From: Lachnospiraceae bacterium
Lineage (GTDB): Bacteria > Bacillota > Clostridia > Lachnospirales > Lachnospiraceae
Direction: 5' to 3'
Assembly (NCBI GenBank): GCA_024687305.1
Contig: JAILEQ010000118.1
Span: 2,759 to 66,758 of the forward strand
DNA: 64,000 nt
Under the pieces are notes generated by a model. That model ran no database searches, was not told the origin of the DNA, and was given only the letters and a program-made list of their open reading frames with translations. Shown here piece by piece: positions 43,060 through 52,429 of this stretch (position 1 is the stretch's first letter; every line of letters begins with the position of its first letter). Position numbers and translations under genes: made by a program.

Positions 43060-43782
43060 ATGATAAAGATCAACAATCTTAAGAAGAATTTTGACAAACT
43101 TGAAGTATTAAAAGGTGTTAATGAACATATACGTCCCGGTGAAGTTGTGGCGGTCATAGGGCCATCCGGCTCGGGAAAAAGCACTTTCCTTCGCTGCATC
43201 AATCTGCTTGAAAATGTGACCGAAGGCGAGATATATGTTGACGATGAACTGATCACCGCGCCCGGTGTCGATATCAACAAAGTACGTCAGAAAATGGGAA
43301 TGGTATTCCAGCAGTTTAACCTTTTCCCTCATCTTAAAATAATTGACAACATCACTCTCGCACCCACTTTGCTTAAAAAGATGAGTAAAGAAGATGCCGA
43401 AAAAAGAGCAATGGAACTTCTTACAAGAGTCGGCCTGGCAGATAAGGCCCGGGTGTATCCCGCATCACTTTCGGGCGGTCAGAAACAGCGTGTCGCTATC
43501 GCCAGAGCACTTGCTATGGACCCCGAGATAATGCTCTTTGACGAACCAACTTCCGCTCTCGACCCCGAAATGGTCGGCGAAGTTTTGGATGTTATAAAAG
43601 CTCTGGCCGAATCGGGAATGACAATGGTGATCGTTACTCACGAAATGGGATTTGCCAAAGAAGTTTCATCAAGAGTCCTTTTTATGGACCAGGGTATTAT
43701 AATGGAAAGCGGAACTCCGAGCGAACTTTTCGACAATCCGCAAAACGAACGTACAAAGCTGTTTCTTAGCAAAGTACTTTAA
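43060..43782 (+). CDS. Polar amino-acid ABC transporter ATPase (GlnQ-like)
   Basis: GPSGSGKS; LSGGQKQR; [10 protein letters not shown]. Confidence 0.96.
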   Translation: MIKINNLKKNFDKLEVLKGVNEHIRPGEVVAVIGPSGSGKSTFLRCINLLENVTEGEIYVDDELITAPGVDINKVRQKMGMVFQQFNLFPHLKIIDNITLAPTLLKKMSKEDAEKRAMELLTRVGLADKARVYPASLSGGQKQRVAIARALAMDPEIMLFDEPTSALDPEMVGEVLDVIKALAESGMTMVIVTHEMGFAKEVSSRVLFMDQGIIMESGTPSELFDNPQNERTKLFLSKVL

Positions 43783-43828
43783 TTGATTATATGAAGCGTA
43801 AGCTTCTGTATAATAAGGAGGAATTATT

Positions 43829-44581
43829 ATGAAAACCAAAAAAATCATTGCAACAGTGATCGCATCTTTACTCACGGTTGCTACACTTGCCGGCTGCGGC
43901 AGCACATCCAAAGAGATCAAATTCGGAACCAACGCCGAATTCCCGCCCTTTGAATTTATCGCAGCCAACGGAACCATCGGTGAATACGACGGTATCGATA
44001 TCGCTATCGCCAAAAAGATCGGCGAAGATATCGGACAGACCGCAGTTATCGAGAACATGGAATTTGATTCTCTTCTCGTTGCTCTTCAGAACGGTCAGAT
44101 TGACGCAGTTATCGCCGGTATGACAGTTACGGATGAACGTGCCGAATCGGTTGATTTCTCGATTCCTTACTATCAGGCAACTCAGGTCATCATCACAAAA
44201 GAAGGTTCCGGCATCTCTTCCGCAGCCGATCTTGCGGACAAATTCACCGCTGTTGTTCAGGGATATACCGGAGAAACATGTATCATTAACCTTGGATACA
44301 AATACGAGTCCTTCAAAAAAGGAACCGAATGCATCATGGAACTTGTAAACGGTAAATGTGATGCAGTCGTTATCGATTCCGCTACGGCAGACAAATACGT
44401 AGCTGATAACGAAGGCCTTGTTATTGTTGAAGACTCCGAAGCATTCGGTAATGAAGAATATGCAATCGCAGTTCAGAAAGGAAACACCGAGCTTCTTAAC
44501 AAGATCAATAAGTCAATCGAAAAGATGCTTGCAGACGGCACTATAGCTGATTTAGGTGATAAATACTGTGAAGCAGAGTAA
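43829..44581 (+). CDS. Amino-acid ABC substrate-binding lipoprotein (family 3)
   Basis: Lipobox LAGC; TNAEFPPFE; GIDI; ERAESVDFS. Confidence 0.95.
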   Translation: MKTKKIIATVIASLLTVATLAGCGSTSKEIKFGTNAEFPPFEFIAANGTIGEYDGIDIAIAKKIGEDIGQTAVIENMEFDSLLVALQNGQIDAVIAGMTVTDERAESVDFSIPYYQATQVIITKEGSGISSAADLADKFTAVVQGYTGETCIINLGYKYESFKKGTECIMELVNGKCDAVVIDSATADKYVADNEGLVIVEDSEAFGNEEYAIAVQKGNTELLNKINKSIEKMLADGTIADLGDKYCEAE

Positions 44582-44600
44582 AGCATAAATAACTTGTCAA

Positions 44601-44736
44601 GCATCGACACAATAATGTATCGACCCGAGACCTTCCTTGAGCGTCGGCGCTTAGCGAGGTATTTTCGAGCTTAGCGTCCGCTACGTGAAAGGTTCGAGCG
44701 AGAGCGTGTCGAGGGCGGTACTTATTGTGGCGATGC
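44601..44736. repeat. Imperfect inverted-repeat element (REP/MITE-like), 136 bp
   Basis: Left arm GCATCGACACAATAATGTATCGACCC; reverse complement of right arm GCATCGCCACAATAAGTACCGCCC. GCTTAGCG occurs twice internally. Confidence 0.6.
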
Positions 44737-44743
44737 ATTAACG

Positions 44744-44785
44744 AAAAAGACCATCCGAAATGTGAACATTCGGATGGTCTTTTTT
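44744..44785. terminator. Bidirectional terminator
   Basis: AAAAAGACCATCCGAA...TTCGGATGGTCTTTTT between convergent genes. Confidence 0.9.
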
Positions 44786-44815
44786 AATCATTGTTGCATG
44801 GCTTGTTATTATTGC

Positions 44816-45031
44816 TTAGTCATAATCTTCCGGATTAAGTATAAATCCCTCATTCTTTTCGGGAGTTTCTTTGATGATGATCCTTCTCGGGGGCTTGGGC
44901 GGACGGTTCTTTCTTGAGCCTAAAAGAAGTCCTGCAACAAATCCAAGTAAAACACCGCAAGCGATCGAAAGAATAAGCTCCCTTACAGAGATCTCGGCCC
45001 TTTCCTTGATATCTTCAAAAAAATCGTACAT
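44816..45031 (-). CDS. Small single-TM hypothetical protein
   Basis: 71 aa with GGAGGG RBS, one hydrophobic Gly-rich helix and a basic/Pro-rich tail; followed by a terminator. Confidence 0.7.
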   Translation of the reverse strand: MYDFFEDIKERAEISVRELILSIACGVLLGFVAGLLLGSRKNRPPKPPRRIIIKETPEKNEGFILNPEDYD

Positions 45032-45160
45032 ATTCTTCCCTCCTGCTTTGTTTTTATGATCATATCATTTTTCTATTAATCATATGATAACATATTTTGC
45101 CTGTTTTGTGTCATCATATTGGCGGTTGCAAACAACGCCAAAAACTGATATCTTATTTGT

Positions 45161-45316
45161 CGGTGTACGTGGGAAACAGGTGAAACTCCTGTACGGGCCC
45201 GCCGCCGTGAGATGCATTTAAAGTTTTTTCTTGCTTATGCCGCAACATAAGGACAAGCCATTGGGAGCCATCCTGAGAAGGTGAAAAAACGCATTGAGTC
45301 GAAATACCCGGCACCG
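45161..45316 (+). ncRNA. Cobalamin riboswitch
   Basis: P1 CGGTG/CACCG; GGGAA; CAGGTGAAACTCCTG; GCCCGCCGCCGTGA; GCCATTGGG...GAGAAGG; B12-box-like GAGTCGAAATACCCG. Promoter TTGCAA-17-TATCTT at 45126-45154; hairpin plus U-tract near 45346-45375. Confidence 0.88.
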
Positions 45317-45407
45317 TCGTACGGTTCATCCGTACAGCCCCATCAAATGTCTGCGAGCACCGGACAGGGGTTTTTATAAAAACAAAACAGTTTTAAGGAG
45401 ATACATT

Positions 45408-45845
45408 ATGAAGAACAGATTATTTTTAAAGCGTCTTTCTATTCTCCTTGTGTGCATGTTATTTGCGGGTTCCATGTTAACACTTGCAGGATGCAAAGAT
45501 AAGACTACCGAAGCAGTTACAAGTGAAGCTTCTGAAGTAAAAGAGCTCGGTTCGGGTGCCACAAGTTTCAATTTTAACGTTGTAGACGCTGACGGAAACA
45601 CAACGGCATTTGTTATCAAGACCGATGCCACTACAGTCGGAGAAGCCTTGCTTGCAGTTAACCTCATTGAAGGTGACGAGTCCGATTTCGGTCTTTACGT
45701 AAAGAAGGTTAACGGCATTACCGCAGACTATGATGTAGACCAGACATACTGGGCATTTTACATCGACGGCGAATATGCCATGACCGGTGTTGATTCTACC
45801 GAAGTTGTTGCAGGTTCAACCTACGAATTCAAGGTAGAAAAATAA
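45408..45845 (+). CDS. DUF4430 (transcobalamin C-terminal-like) lipoprotein
   Basis: ATG 45408 with AAGGAG RBS; lipobox LAGC; YVKKVNGI...YWAFYIDGEYAMTGVD is typical of the transcobalamin beta-domain family. Confidence 0.8.
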   Translation: MKNRLFLKRLSILLVCMLFAGSMLTLAGCKDKTTEAVTSEASEVKELGSGATSFNFNVVDADGNTTAFVIKTDATTVGEALLAVNLIEGDESDFGLYVKKVNGITADYDVDQTYWAFYIDGEYAMTGVDSTEVVAGSTYEFKVEK

Positions 45846-46384
45846 TGACAAAACAAAAACCGTTTCTCACAATTTATGAAATTGTGATATTCGGAATGCT
45901 CGGAGGCGTCATGTACGTCTCCAAGCAATTAATGGAATTTCTTCCAAATGTCCATTTAATAGCCATGTTTGTTGTCGCTTTAACGGTTGTTTATCGTTTT
46001 AAAGCGCTCTTCCCGATATATGTCTTTATACTGCTCACGGGTTTGTTTAACGGATTTTCACTGTGGTGGTATCCGTATCTTTATTTGTGGCTCGTTCTTT
46101 GGGGCGCAACAATGCTGCTTCCCAAAAACATGAACAAGAAGATCGCTCCGTTTGTATATATGGCAGTTGCGGGATTGCACGGTTATTGTTACGGAACTTT
46201 ATATGCACCGTATCAGGCTCTCGTCTTTCATTTAAATTTTAAACAGACGCTCGCCTGGATAGCTGCAGGTCTTCCGTGGGATGCCATTCACGGCACCAGT
46301 AACCTGATAGTCGGCATACTTATCGTTCCGCTTATCACAGTTTTAAGATTGTGCGAAAAACAATTCAAAAGAAACAACATATGA
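45845..46384 (+). CDS. ECF transporter S-component, CbrT-like (cobalamin)
   Basis: 5-6 TM; FLPNVHLI; AGLPWDAIHG. One-base overlap with the DUF4430 gene; under the B12 riboswitch. Confidence 0.78.
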   Translation: MTKQKPFLTIYEIVIFGMLGGVMYVSKQLMEFLPNVHLIAMFVVALTVVYRFKALFPIYVFILLTGLFNGFSLWWYPYLYLWLVLWGATMLLPKNMNKKIAPFVYMAVAGLHGYCYGTLYAPYQALVFHLNFKQTLAWIAAGLPWDAIHGTSNLIVGILIVPLITVLRLCEKQFKRNNI

Positions 46385-46418
46385 TTCTGAAATAAAATCT
46401 GACGATCATAGAACAGAC

Positions 46419-46468
46419 AAAATCGGCAAGCAAACGTTTCAATAAAAAACATTGCTTGCCGATTTTTT
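46419..46468. terminator. Bidirectional terminator
   Basis: AAAATCGGCAAGCAA...TTGCTTGCCGATTTT between convergent genes. Confidence 0.85.
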
Positions 46469-47217
46469 TAGTTTTTCTTCTTTCCCTGGTTTGCGACTGC
46501 CTCCATCTTGGCTTTTAAAGCGTCGGCATCGCCCAAATAATAATGTCTGATGACCTTCATATCATCATCAAATTCATAAACAAGGGGAACTGCCGTAGGA
46601 ATGTTCACGCCGATTATCTCTTCATCGGAAAGACCGTCAAAGTATTTAACAAGAGCTCTGAGTGAATTGCCGTGAGCAGCGATGATAACTCTCTTCCCCG
46701 CAACTATATCTTTCTTAATAGTTTCCTCAAAATACGGAACAACTCTTTCGATCGTTGTCTCAAGACTTTCATTTTTCGGAAGAAGGCTCTTGTCCACATC
46801 TCTGTACATAGGCTGCCTGCAAGCGCTTCTTTCGTCTTCGTCGGACAATTCGGGCGGCTTAACGTCAAAAGAACGTCTCCATATCTTAACCTGATCTTCT
46901 CCGTATTTTTCTGCGGTCTCAGATTTATTAAGACCCTGGAGCGCCCCATAATGACGCTCATTTAATTTCCATGATTTGATAACCGGAAGCCAGGCTCTGT
47001 CCATCTCATCCAGAGCGATATTAAGTGTATGAATTGCTCTTTTCAGATAAGAAGTATAGCATACGTCAAAATCATATCCTTCTTCCTTAAGCGTCTTTCC
47101 CGCCTGTTTTGCTTCTTCCGTACCTTTTTCGCTGAGATCGACATCCATCCAGCCGGTAAAAAGGTTCAGTTTGTTCCACTCGCTTTCACCATGTCTTATA
47201 AGTACCAGTTTTTTCAT
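46468..47217 (-). CDS. gpmA: 2,3-bisphosphoglycerate-dependent phosphoglycerate mutase
   Basis: [10 protein letters not shown]; [11 protein letters not shown]; AHGNSLRAL. Confidence 0.97.
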   Translation of the reverse strand: MKKLVLIRHGESEWNKLNLFTGWMDVDLSEKGTEEAKQAGKTLKEEGYDFDVCYTSYLKRAIHTLNIALDEMDRAWLPVIKSWKLNERHYGALQGLNKSETAEKYGEDQVKIWRRSFDVKPPELSDEDERSACRQPMYRDVDKSLLPKNESLETTIERVVPYFEETIKKDIVAGKRVIIAAHGNSLRALVKYFDGLSDEEIIGVNIPTAVPLVYEFDDDMKVIRHYYLGDADALKAKMEAVANQGKKKN

Positions 47218-47245
47218 ATTTCATCTCCTTTATTCAAAAAATAAA

Positions 47246-47273
47246 AAAATAGTTACCCTTAGGTAACTATTTT
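47246..47273 (-). terminator. Terminator-like palindrome after DUF711
   Basis: AAAATAGTTACC-ctta-GGTAACTATTTT with a U-tract on the minus strand. Confidence 0.6.
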
Positions 47274-47322
47274 AATACTTTTGTTTAAAACAAACAAGAT
47301 TGTTATTTGTTCAAAAAGAAAA

Positions 47323-48687
47323 TTAATTCTTGAAACTGTGGATTGGCGCGGGAATACGGCCTTTTCGATTGATAAAATCATCGCACGAAAATTCATTGAC
47401 CGGCATAATGGGTGCATATCCGAGCAATCCGCCGAATTCGGCACTGTCTCCGACTTTTTTACCGATAACGGGAATAAGACGTACAGCCGTGGTCTTTTGA
47501 TTGACCATACCGATAGCCATTTCATCTGCGATAATACCGGAAATTGTAGTTGCCTTTGTATCGCCGGGAATAGCGATCATATCGAGTCCGACAGAACATA
47601 CACAAGTCATCGCTTCAAGCTTTTCAAGAGTAAGTGCTCCTGCGTTTACGGCATTTATCATGCCCTGATCTTCACTGACGGGAATAAACGCTCCGCTGAG
47701 ACCTCCGACATAAGAAGAAGCCATAACACCTCCCTTTTTTACCTGATCGTTAAGAAGTGCAAGTGCAGCTGTCGTACCGGGTGCGCCCGCATGTTCAAGA
47801 CCGATCTCGCAAAGAATGTCGGCAACCGAATCGCCGATAGCCGGAGTCGGAGCAAGCGAAAGATCCACTATTCCGAAAGGAACATTCAATTTCTTTGAAG
47901 CTTCTCTGGCTACAAGCTGTCCTACTCTCGTAACTTTGAATGCGGTCTTTTTTATTGTTTCGCAAAGAACTTCAAATGATTCTCCGCGTACTTTTTCAAG
48001 AGCATATTTAACAACCCCGGGTCCGCTTACACCGATATTGATAATGGCATCGGCTTCCGTAACACCGTGAAACGCTCCGGCCATAAAAGGATTGTCGTCG
48101 GGAGCATTGCAAAATACCACAAGTTTGGCGCATCCGATCGAATCTTTTTCTTTGGTCCTCTCTGCCGTTTCTTTTATCACTTCACCCATAAGTCTGACGG
48201 CATCCATATTAATTCCGGTCTTTGTGGAGCCAAGATTTACCGATGAACAGATAAGGCCCGTTTGGGAAAGTGCTTCGGGGATTGAACGTATAAGAAGCTC
48301 GTCCGCTTTTGTCATACCTTTTGATACAAGTGCGGAATAACCGCCAAGGAAATTGATTCCTACGGCTTTGGCCGCTTTATCGAGCGCTTTGGCGATCTTT
48401 ACGAAATCTTTGCTCGTTTTGCAGCAGGCACCTCCGACAAGTGCGATAGGAGTTACGGAAATCCGCTTGTTAACGATCGGAATAGCATATTCATGCGATA
48501 TATCCTCTCCCACTTTCACAAGATCTTTGGCTTTTTCCGTGATCTTATTATAGATGTTTTCACAAACCTTATTAACGTCACCGTCAATACAATCAAGAAG
48601 GCTTATTCCGAGTGTGATGGTTCTCACATCGAGATTTTCCTTCTCTATCATCTCATTGGTCTCTTTGACCTCAAACATATTTATCAT
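47323..48687 (-). CDS. UPF0210/DUF711 (PFL-like family) protein
   Basis: [12 protein letters not shown]; [11 protein letters not shown]; VCSVGLDM; PAPIHSFKN. Confidence 0.93.
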   Translation of the reverse strand: MINMFEVKETNEMIEKENLDVRTITLGISLLDCIDGDVNKVCENIYNKITEKAKDLVKVGEDISHEYAIPIVNKRISVTPIALVGGACCKTSKDFVKIAKALDKAAKAVGINFLGGYSALVSKGMTKADELLIRSIPEALSQTGLICSSVNLGSTKTGINMDAVRLMGEVIKETAERTKEKDSIGCAKLVVFCNAPDDNPFMAGAFHGVTEADAIINIGVSGPGVVKYALEKVRGESFEVLCETIKKTAFKVTRVGQLVAREASKKLNVPFGIVDLSLAPTPAIGDSVADILCEIGLEHAGAPGTTAALALLNDQVKKGGVMASSYVGGLSGAFIPVSEDQGMINAVNAGALTLEKLEAMTCVCSVGLDMIAIPGDTKATTISGIIADEMAIGMVNQKTTAVRLIPVIGKKVGDSAEFGGLLGYAPIMPVNEFSCDDFINRKGRIPAPIHSFKN

Positions 48688-48707
48688 GATCGATCCTCAC
48701 TGAAGGG

Positions 48708-48980
48708 CTAAATTCTGTGCATGGAATTGAAGATGTCTTCCTGCTGACATTTGATGATAACTCCGATGCTCTCACCGAGTTCTTCGAGCTCTTTCGAAAC
48801 TGCGCCAAACTTCTTGGATGCTTTTGAAAAGTCGGCTATCATCATCATGTTAAAGTAATCTTTAACGATCGTCTGAGAGATATCAAGAATGTTGATGTTG
48901 TTATCCGCAAGATAAGTACATGTCTTTGCAATGATACCTACCGTATCTTTTCCTACTACCGTGATTATTGTCTTTTTCAT
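48708..48980 (-). CDS. UPF0237 ACT-domain protein
   Basis: ITVVGKDTVGII; NILDISQT; IFNSMHRI. Usual partner of DUF711. Confidence 0.93.
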   Translation of the reverse strand: MKKTIITVVGKDTVGIIAKTCTYLADNNINILDISQTIVKDYFNMMMIADFSKASKKFGAVSKELEELGESIGVIIKCQQEDIFNSMHRI

Positions 48981-48993
48981 TTTCTTTCTCCGT

Positions 48994-49791
48994 CTATATA
49001 GTTATTACATCCAGCGGTTCGTCGCGCTTTGCAACCGTAAGTTCAAAATCTTTTGCGTGATATTCGTTGTCCGAAAAATCTATCTCAAGTCTTACGGTGT
49101 TATAGGCGATGTCCGGAAGATTGTTTTCTTTGCTGAGGTGACCTAAGATGATGTGGCTTAAGTCATCATTTAAGATATCGGAAATGAGTCTCCCCGAATT
49201 TTCATTTGAAAGATGTCCCCTGTCCCCGAGTATTCTTCTTTTTAACGGATACGGATAAGGTCCCGTTTCAAGCATCCTCACATCATGATTTGCTTCACAG
49301 AGCAAAAGGTTGAGTCCCATAAGGGAGCCTACCGTATAATCATCATACGTTCCAAGGTCTGTGACAATCGCAGCCTTTTTACCGTCCGACGAAATTCTCA
49401 TGGCAAGAGGTTCGTTGGCGTCGTGGGAAATCTTCATCGGATTGATGCACATATCTTTTATCATTATCTTTTCATCGGCTTTTATAACATGATACAAAGA
49501 TTCGTCGATACACTTTCCGATCGAGCTCGACTTTATCCCTTCTATGGTACCTTTCGAAGCATAGATCGGAATATTGTAGCGCTTTGCGATAACTCCCAGC
49601 CCGCCAATATGATCGGAATGTTCGTGGCTTATAAAAATGGCATCAAGATCGCGTGTCGTCAGATCGATCTTATTAAGCCCCGCCTCCGTTCTCTTACCGC
49701 TGATCCCGGCGTCCACAAGAATATGCGTCGTGTCGGAACCGCAATAAATACAATTGCCCGATGAACCGCTGGCAATACTCAAAAATCTCAT
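48994..49791 (-). CDS. MBL-fold metallohydrolase (WalJ/YycJ/VicX-like)
   Basis: SGSSGNC; SHEHSDH; SHDA; EANHD; GHLSN. Confidence 0.92.
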   Translation of the reverse strand: MRFLSIASGSSGNCIYCGSDTTHILVDAGISGKRTEAGLNKIDLTTRDLDAIFISHEHSDHIGGLGVIAKRYNIPIYASKGTIEGIKSSSIGKCIDESLYHVIKADEKIMIKDMCINPMKISHDANEPLAMRISSDGKKAAIVTDLGTYDDYTVGSLMGLNLLLCEANHDVRMLETGPYPYPLKRRILGDRGHLSNENSGRLISDILNDDLSHIILGHLSKENNLPDIAYNTVRLEIDFSDNEYHAKDFELTVAKRDEPLDVITI

Positions 49792-49799
49792 TACTTAAA

Positions 49800-51791
49800 C
49801 TAATCCTTCCAGCAGATCTCAAGTCTGTCGCCCTCGTTTAAAGGATCCATATACTGTGCAGGCTTACCGTTATGGATGGTAACGACCGATTTACCCTGCG
49901 GTTTGGACAGATCGAAATCTATAAAATCAAATACATCTACAAAAACATAATCATCTTTACCCGAAAGAACGACCGGCGCATCGTTTACGAATACGGTAAG
50001 GCTGCTTCCGTCAAATTTAACACGGTTTACGGGCTGCTTTTCTTTGGAAGCCTCTTCTTTTTCTTCCGTATCACTGTACAAAGAAACCTCTTCGTCTTCG
50101 GGAAGATCATCATAGGAATCGGATACGTTTTCTTTGTCCAGCATCTCAAGAAGCTGGTCCTCGGTGCAGGCATCGTGTATCTCAATGCGATCGTCTTCTT
50201 TTATCTCGTAATCGGGAGTAACGGGACGACCGTTACAAAATACGGGATGAGTAAGATTTATCGTCTTTCCGTTAACTTTCAGATTCAGGCCTTCCTTAAA
50301 CTCCGGAAGATTATCAACTCTTATACGTGCTCTCACGCCGGCAGTCGATTCTTTAATAACGATCTTATCATTCATTTTAACAAGAGCGGTAAGATCGGCA
50401 GGTTTGCCGTTTACGGTGATGACTGCGGCTTCACCCAGTTCTCCCTTAGCGATCTTGGACTTACCGTTCACGCTGTAAGTAAGCGCTTTACCGCGTTTGG
50501 GAAAAAGTCCGTCATTGGGGAACTTAGCCTGCATGGCAACATCGACAACACTCACATGTCCGTTATCGTACATCTTCATTCTCTTGCCGTTAAAGTTAAC
50601 GTACACGAGGTTATTGCTGTGTTCAAAGTAATTAAGGCAAATACCGATAGGTGTTACCATCAAGGAACTCCTGTCGGCATTCTCGTCTAGAAATTCTATG
50701 TTGCCCATTACTTCTTTGCCTCTTAATGCCACACGTTCTTTGACGATATTAAGCTCTTTTGAAAGTTTCTCGGTATAACCTGTTATTATACCGCCACCGC
50801 CTACCACAAATACGGCGCTGACGGGTTTATCGCCGTTAAGACGCTTGATCTCGTCCGCAACAAGTCTTGCCTCTTCTTCTACCGTATCCTTGATAACGTC
50901 AAGCACTTCCTGTCTTGATATCGTCTGCGGAAGCCCCATGATATCTTCGTACTCTATAGAATCGTCCGTATCAGAGGCACGTTTTATCTTCTCAGCCATA
51001 TCGAAATCTACGAGACAATGTTTGGCGATAACGTCTGTTATTGCATCGCCTGCCATCGGGATCATACCGTAAGCGACAATACTTCCGTCTTTGGTAATGG
51101 AAATATCGCTTGTTCCGGCGCCGACATCGACAAGAGCTATATTCAGCATCCTGTATTTCTCGGGTATGGCAACAGAAATTGCCGCTATAGGCTCGAGAGT
51201 AAGATTTGCCACTTCAAGACCGGCAAGTTCGACCGACCGGTAAAGACCGTCGACAACATCATCGGGTAAAAATGTGGCAATGATATCGGCGGATATCTGA
51301 TGAGCCTTGTGCCCCACAAGATTACCGATGGGATTTCTGTTCAAATAATATTTTACGACCGAATAACCGACACAATAGAACTTGATATCGGAATTTTCTT
51401 TCTCGTTAAACTCTCTGTATGCCTTTTCGACTCCGAGGCTCAGCAAATTGGCAACATCTTCGTCCTTTGTTTCGCGCTCTTCTTCAAACACCATATCAAT
51501 ATGAGTATCAAGCGTTCTGAGAACACGACCCGCAGCCGCGATACAAACCTGTTTAAGCTCGATCCCCAAAGACTTTTCGCACTCTTCTTTAACCTGTTTT
51601 ATGGTTCCCGCAACTCTTTTGATGTCATGGATCTGACCGTCGAGCATTGCTCTTGTCTCATGTTCCCTGACATGTTGCGAAACAACGGCAAACTTGTCGA
51701 TATCGATCCTGTATCCGACCGTACCGACTATGCTTCTGGTTCCTATATCGAGTCCGAATACATATTGTTCGTTTTCAGGCATAGTGATCAT
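49800..51791 (-). CDS. FtsA/PilM-like actin-fold ATPase with C-terminal beta-grasp-like repeats
   Basis: GLDIGTRS; LTLEPIAA; VDVGAGTSD; VGGGG. C-terminal xVNG repeats. Confidence 0.85.
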   Translation of the reverse strand: MITMPENEQYVFGLDIGTRSIVGTVGYRIDIDKFAVVSQHVREHETRAMLDGQIHDIKRVAGTIKQVKEECEKSLGIELKQVCIAAAGRVLRTLDTHIDMVFEEERETKDEDVANLLSLGVEKAYREFNEKENSDIKFYCVGYSVVKYYLNRNPIGNLVGHKAHQISADIIATFLPDDVVDGLYRSVELAGLEVANLTLEPIAAISVAIPEKYRMLNIALVDVGAGTSDISITKDGSIVAYGMIPMAGDAITDVIAKHCLVDFDMAEKIKRASDTDDSIEYEDIMGLPQTISRQEVLDVIKDTVEEEARLVADEIKRLNGDKPVSAVFVVGGGGIITGYTEKLSKELNIVKERVALRGKEVMGNIEFLDENADRSSLMVTPIGICLNYFEHSNNLVYVNFNGKRMKMYDNGHVSVVDVAMQAKFPNDGLFPKRGKALTYSVNGKSKIAKGELGEAAVITVNGKPADLTALVKMNDKIVIKESTAGVRARIRVDNLPEFKEGLNLKVNGKTINLTHPVFCNGRPVTPDYEIKEDDRIEIHDACTEDQLLEMLDKENVSDSYDDLPEDEEVSLYSDTEEKEEASKEKQPVNRVKFDGSSLTVFVNDAPVVLSGKDDYVFVDVFDFIDFDLSKPQGKSVVTIHNGKPAQYMDPLNEGDRLEICWKD

Positions 51792-52429
51792 GAGTTTACC
51801 TCCGCCGTTTTATCCCCCAAAATCCCGTCTGTATAATTATACATACTCAGACGTTCATCAATTTGAACGTAAGAATTCTCTAAACTTCCTGAATTGTTTA
51901 TAACAAAATCTGCATTTGCAGAAAAACTTGCAGAATCTAACTGGCTTGCAAGAATATTATCTATCTTCTCATCGGAATAATATCTGGCTTCCTTCAGTCT
52001 TTTTCTTCTGATATCAACGTCTGCATGAACATACCAGATCTCGTCAAGTATCTCCTTGTACCCGCATTCTATCAAAAGAGCCGCTTCAAGGAAGAAAAAT
52101 CTTATATTTCCTGCCTTTTCAAAGCGATCTATCATTTCGATTATACCTGTTTTAACGGCGGGATGCACGATATCATTCACTTTTTTAAGTAAATCCTCGT
52201 CTGCAAATACTTTTGAAGCCATTTTTTTGCGATCTATCTCTAAATTGTCAGACAATACGTCTTTTCCAAGAAGCTCGACTAACGGCTCATAACAGACGTT
52301 TCCGCGCATTTCAAGTTCTTCGGCGTATCTGTCGGCTGTCAGTACAAAACAGTCGCATTTCTTCTCAATATATTCAAGTATCTTACTCTTTCCGGCACCA
52401 ACACCGCCTGTTATTCCGATAGAAATCAT
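51788..52429 (-). CDS. coaE: Dephospho-CoA kinase
   Basis: GITGGVGAGKS; IVHPAV; EAALLIE. Confidence 0.95.
   Translation of the reverse strand: MISIGITGGVGAGKSKILEYIEKKCDCFVLTADRYAEELEMRGNVCYEPLVELLGKDVLSDNLEIDRKKMASKVFADEDLLKKVNDIVHPAVKTGIIEMIDRFEKAGNIRFFFLEAALLIECGYKEILDEIWYVHADVDIRRKRLKEARYYSDEKIDNILASQLDSASFSANADFVINNSGSLENSYVQIDERLSMYNYTDGILGDKTAEVNS

Noticed and set aside
44541-44738. 65-aa minus-strand ORF across the inverted-repeat element
   Set aside because: No RBS, overlaps the SBP gene end, and is explained by the GC-rich repeat.
45294-45407. N-terminal extension of the DUF4430 ORF given in the track
   Set aside because: It lies within the riboswitch and expression platform; the RBS and lipoprotein signal support ATG 45408.
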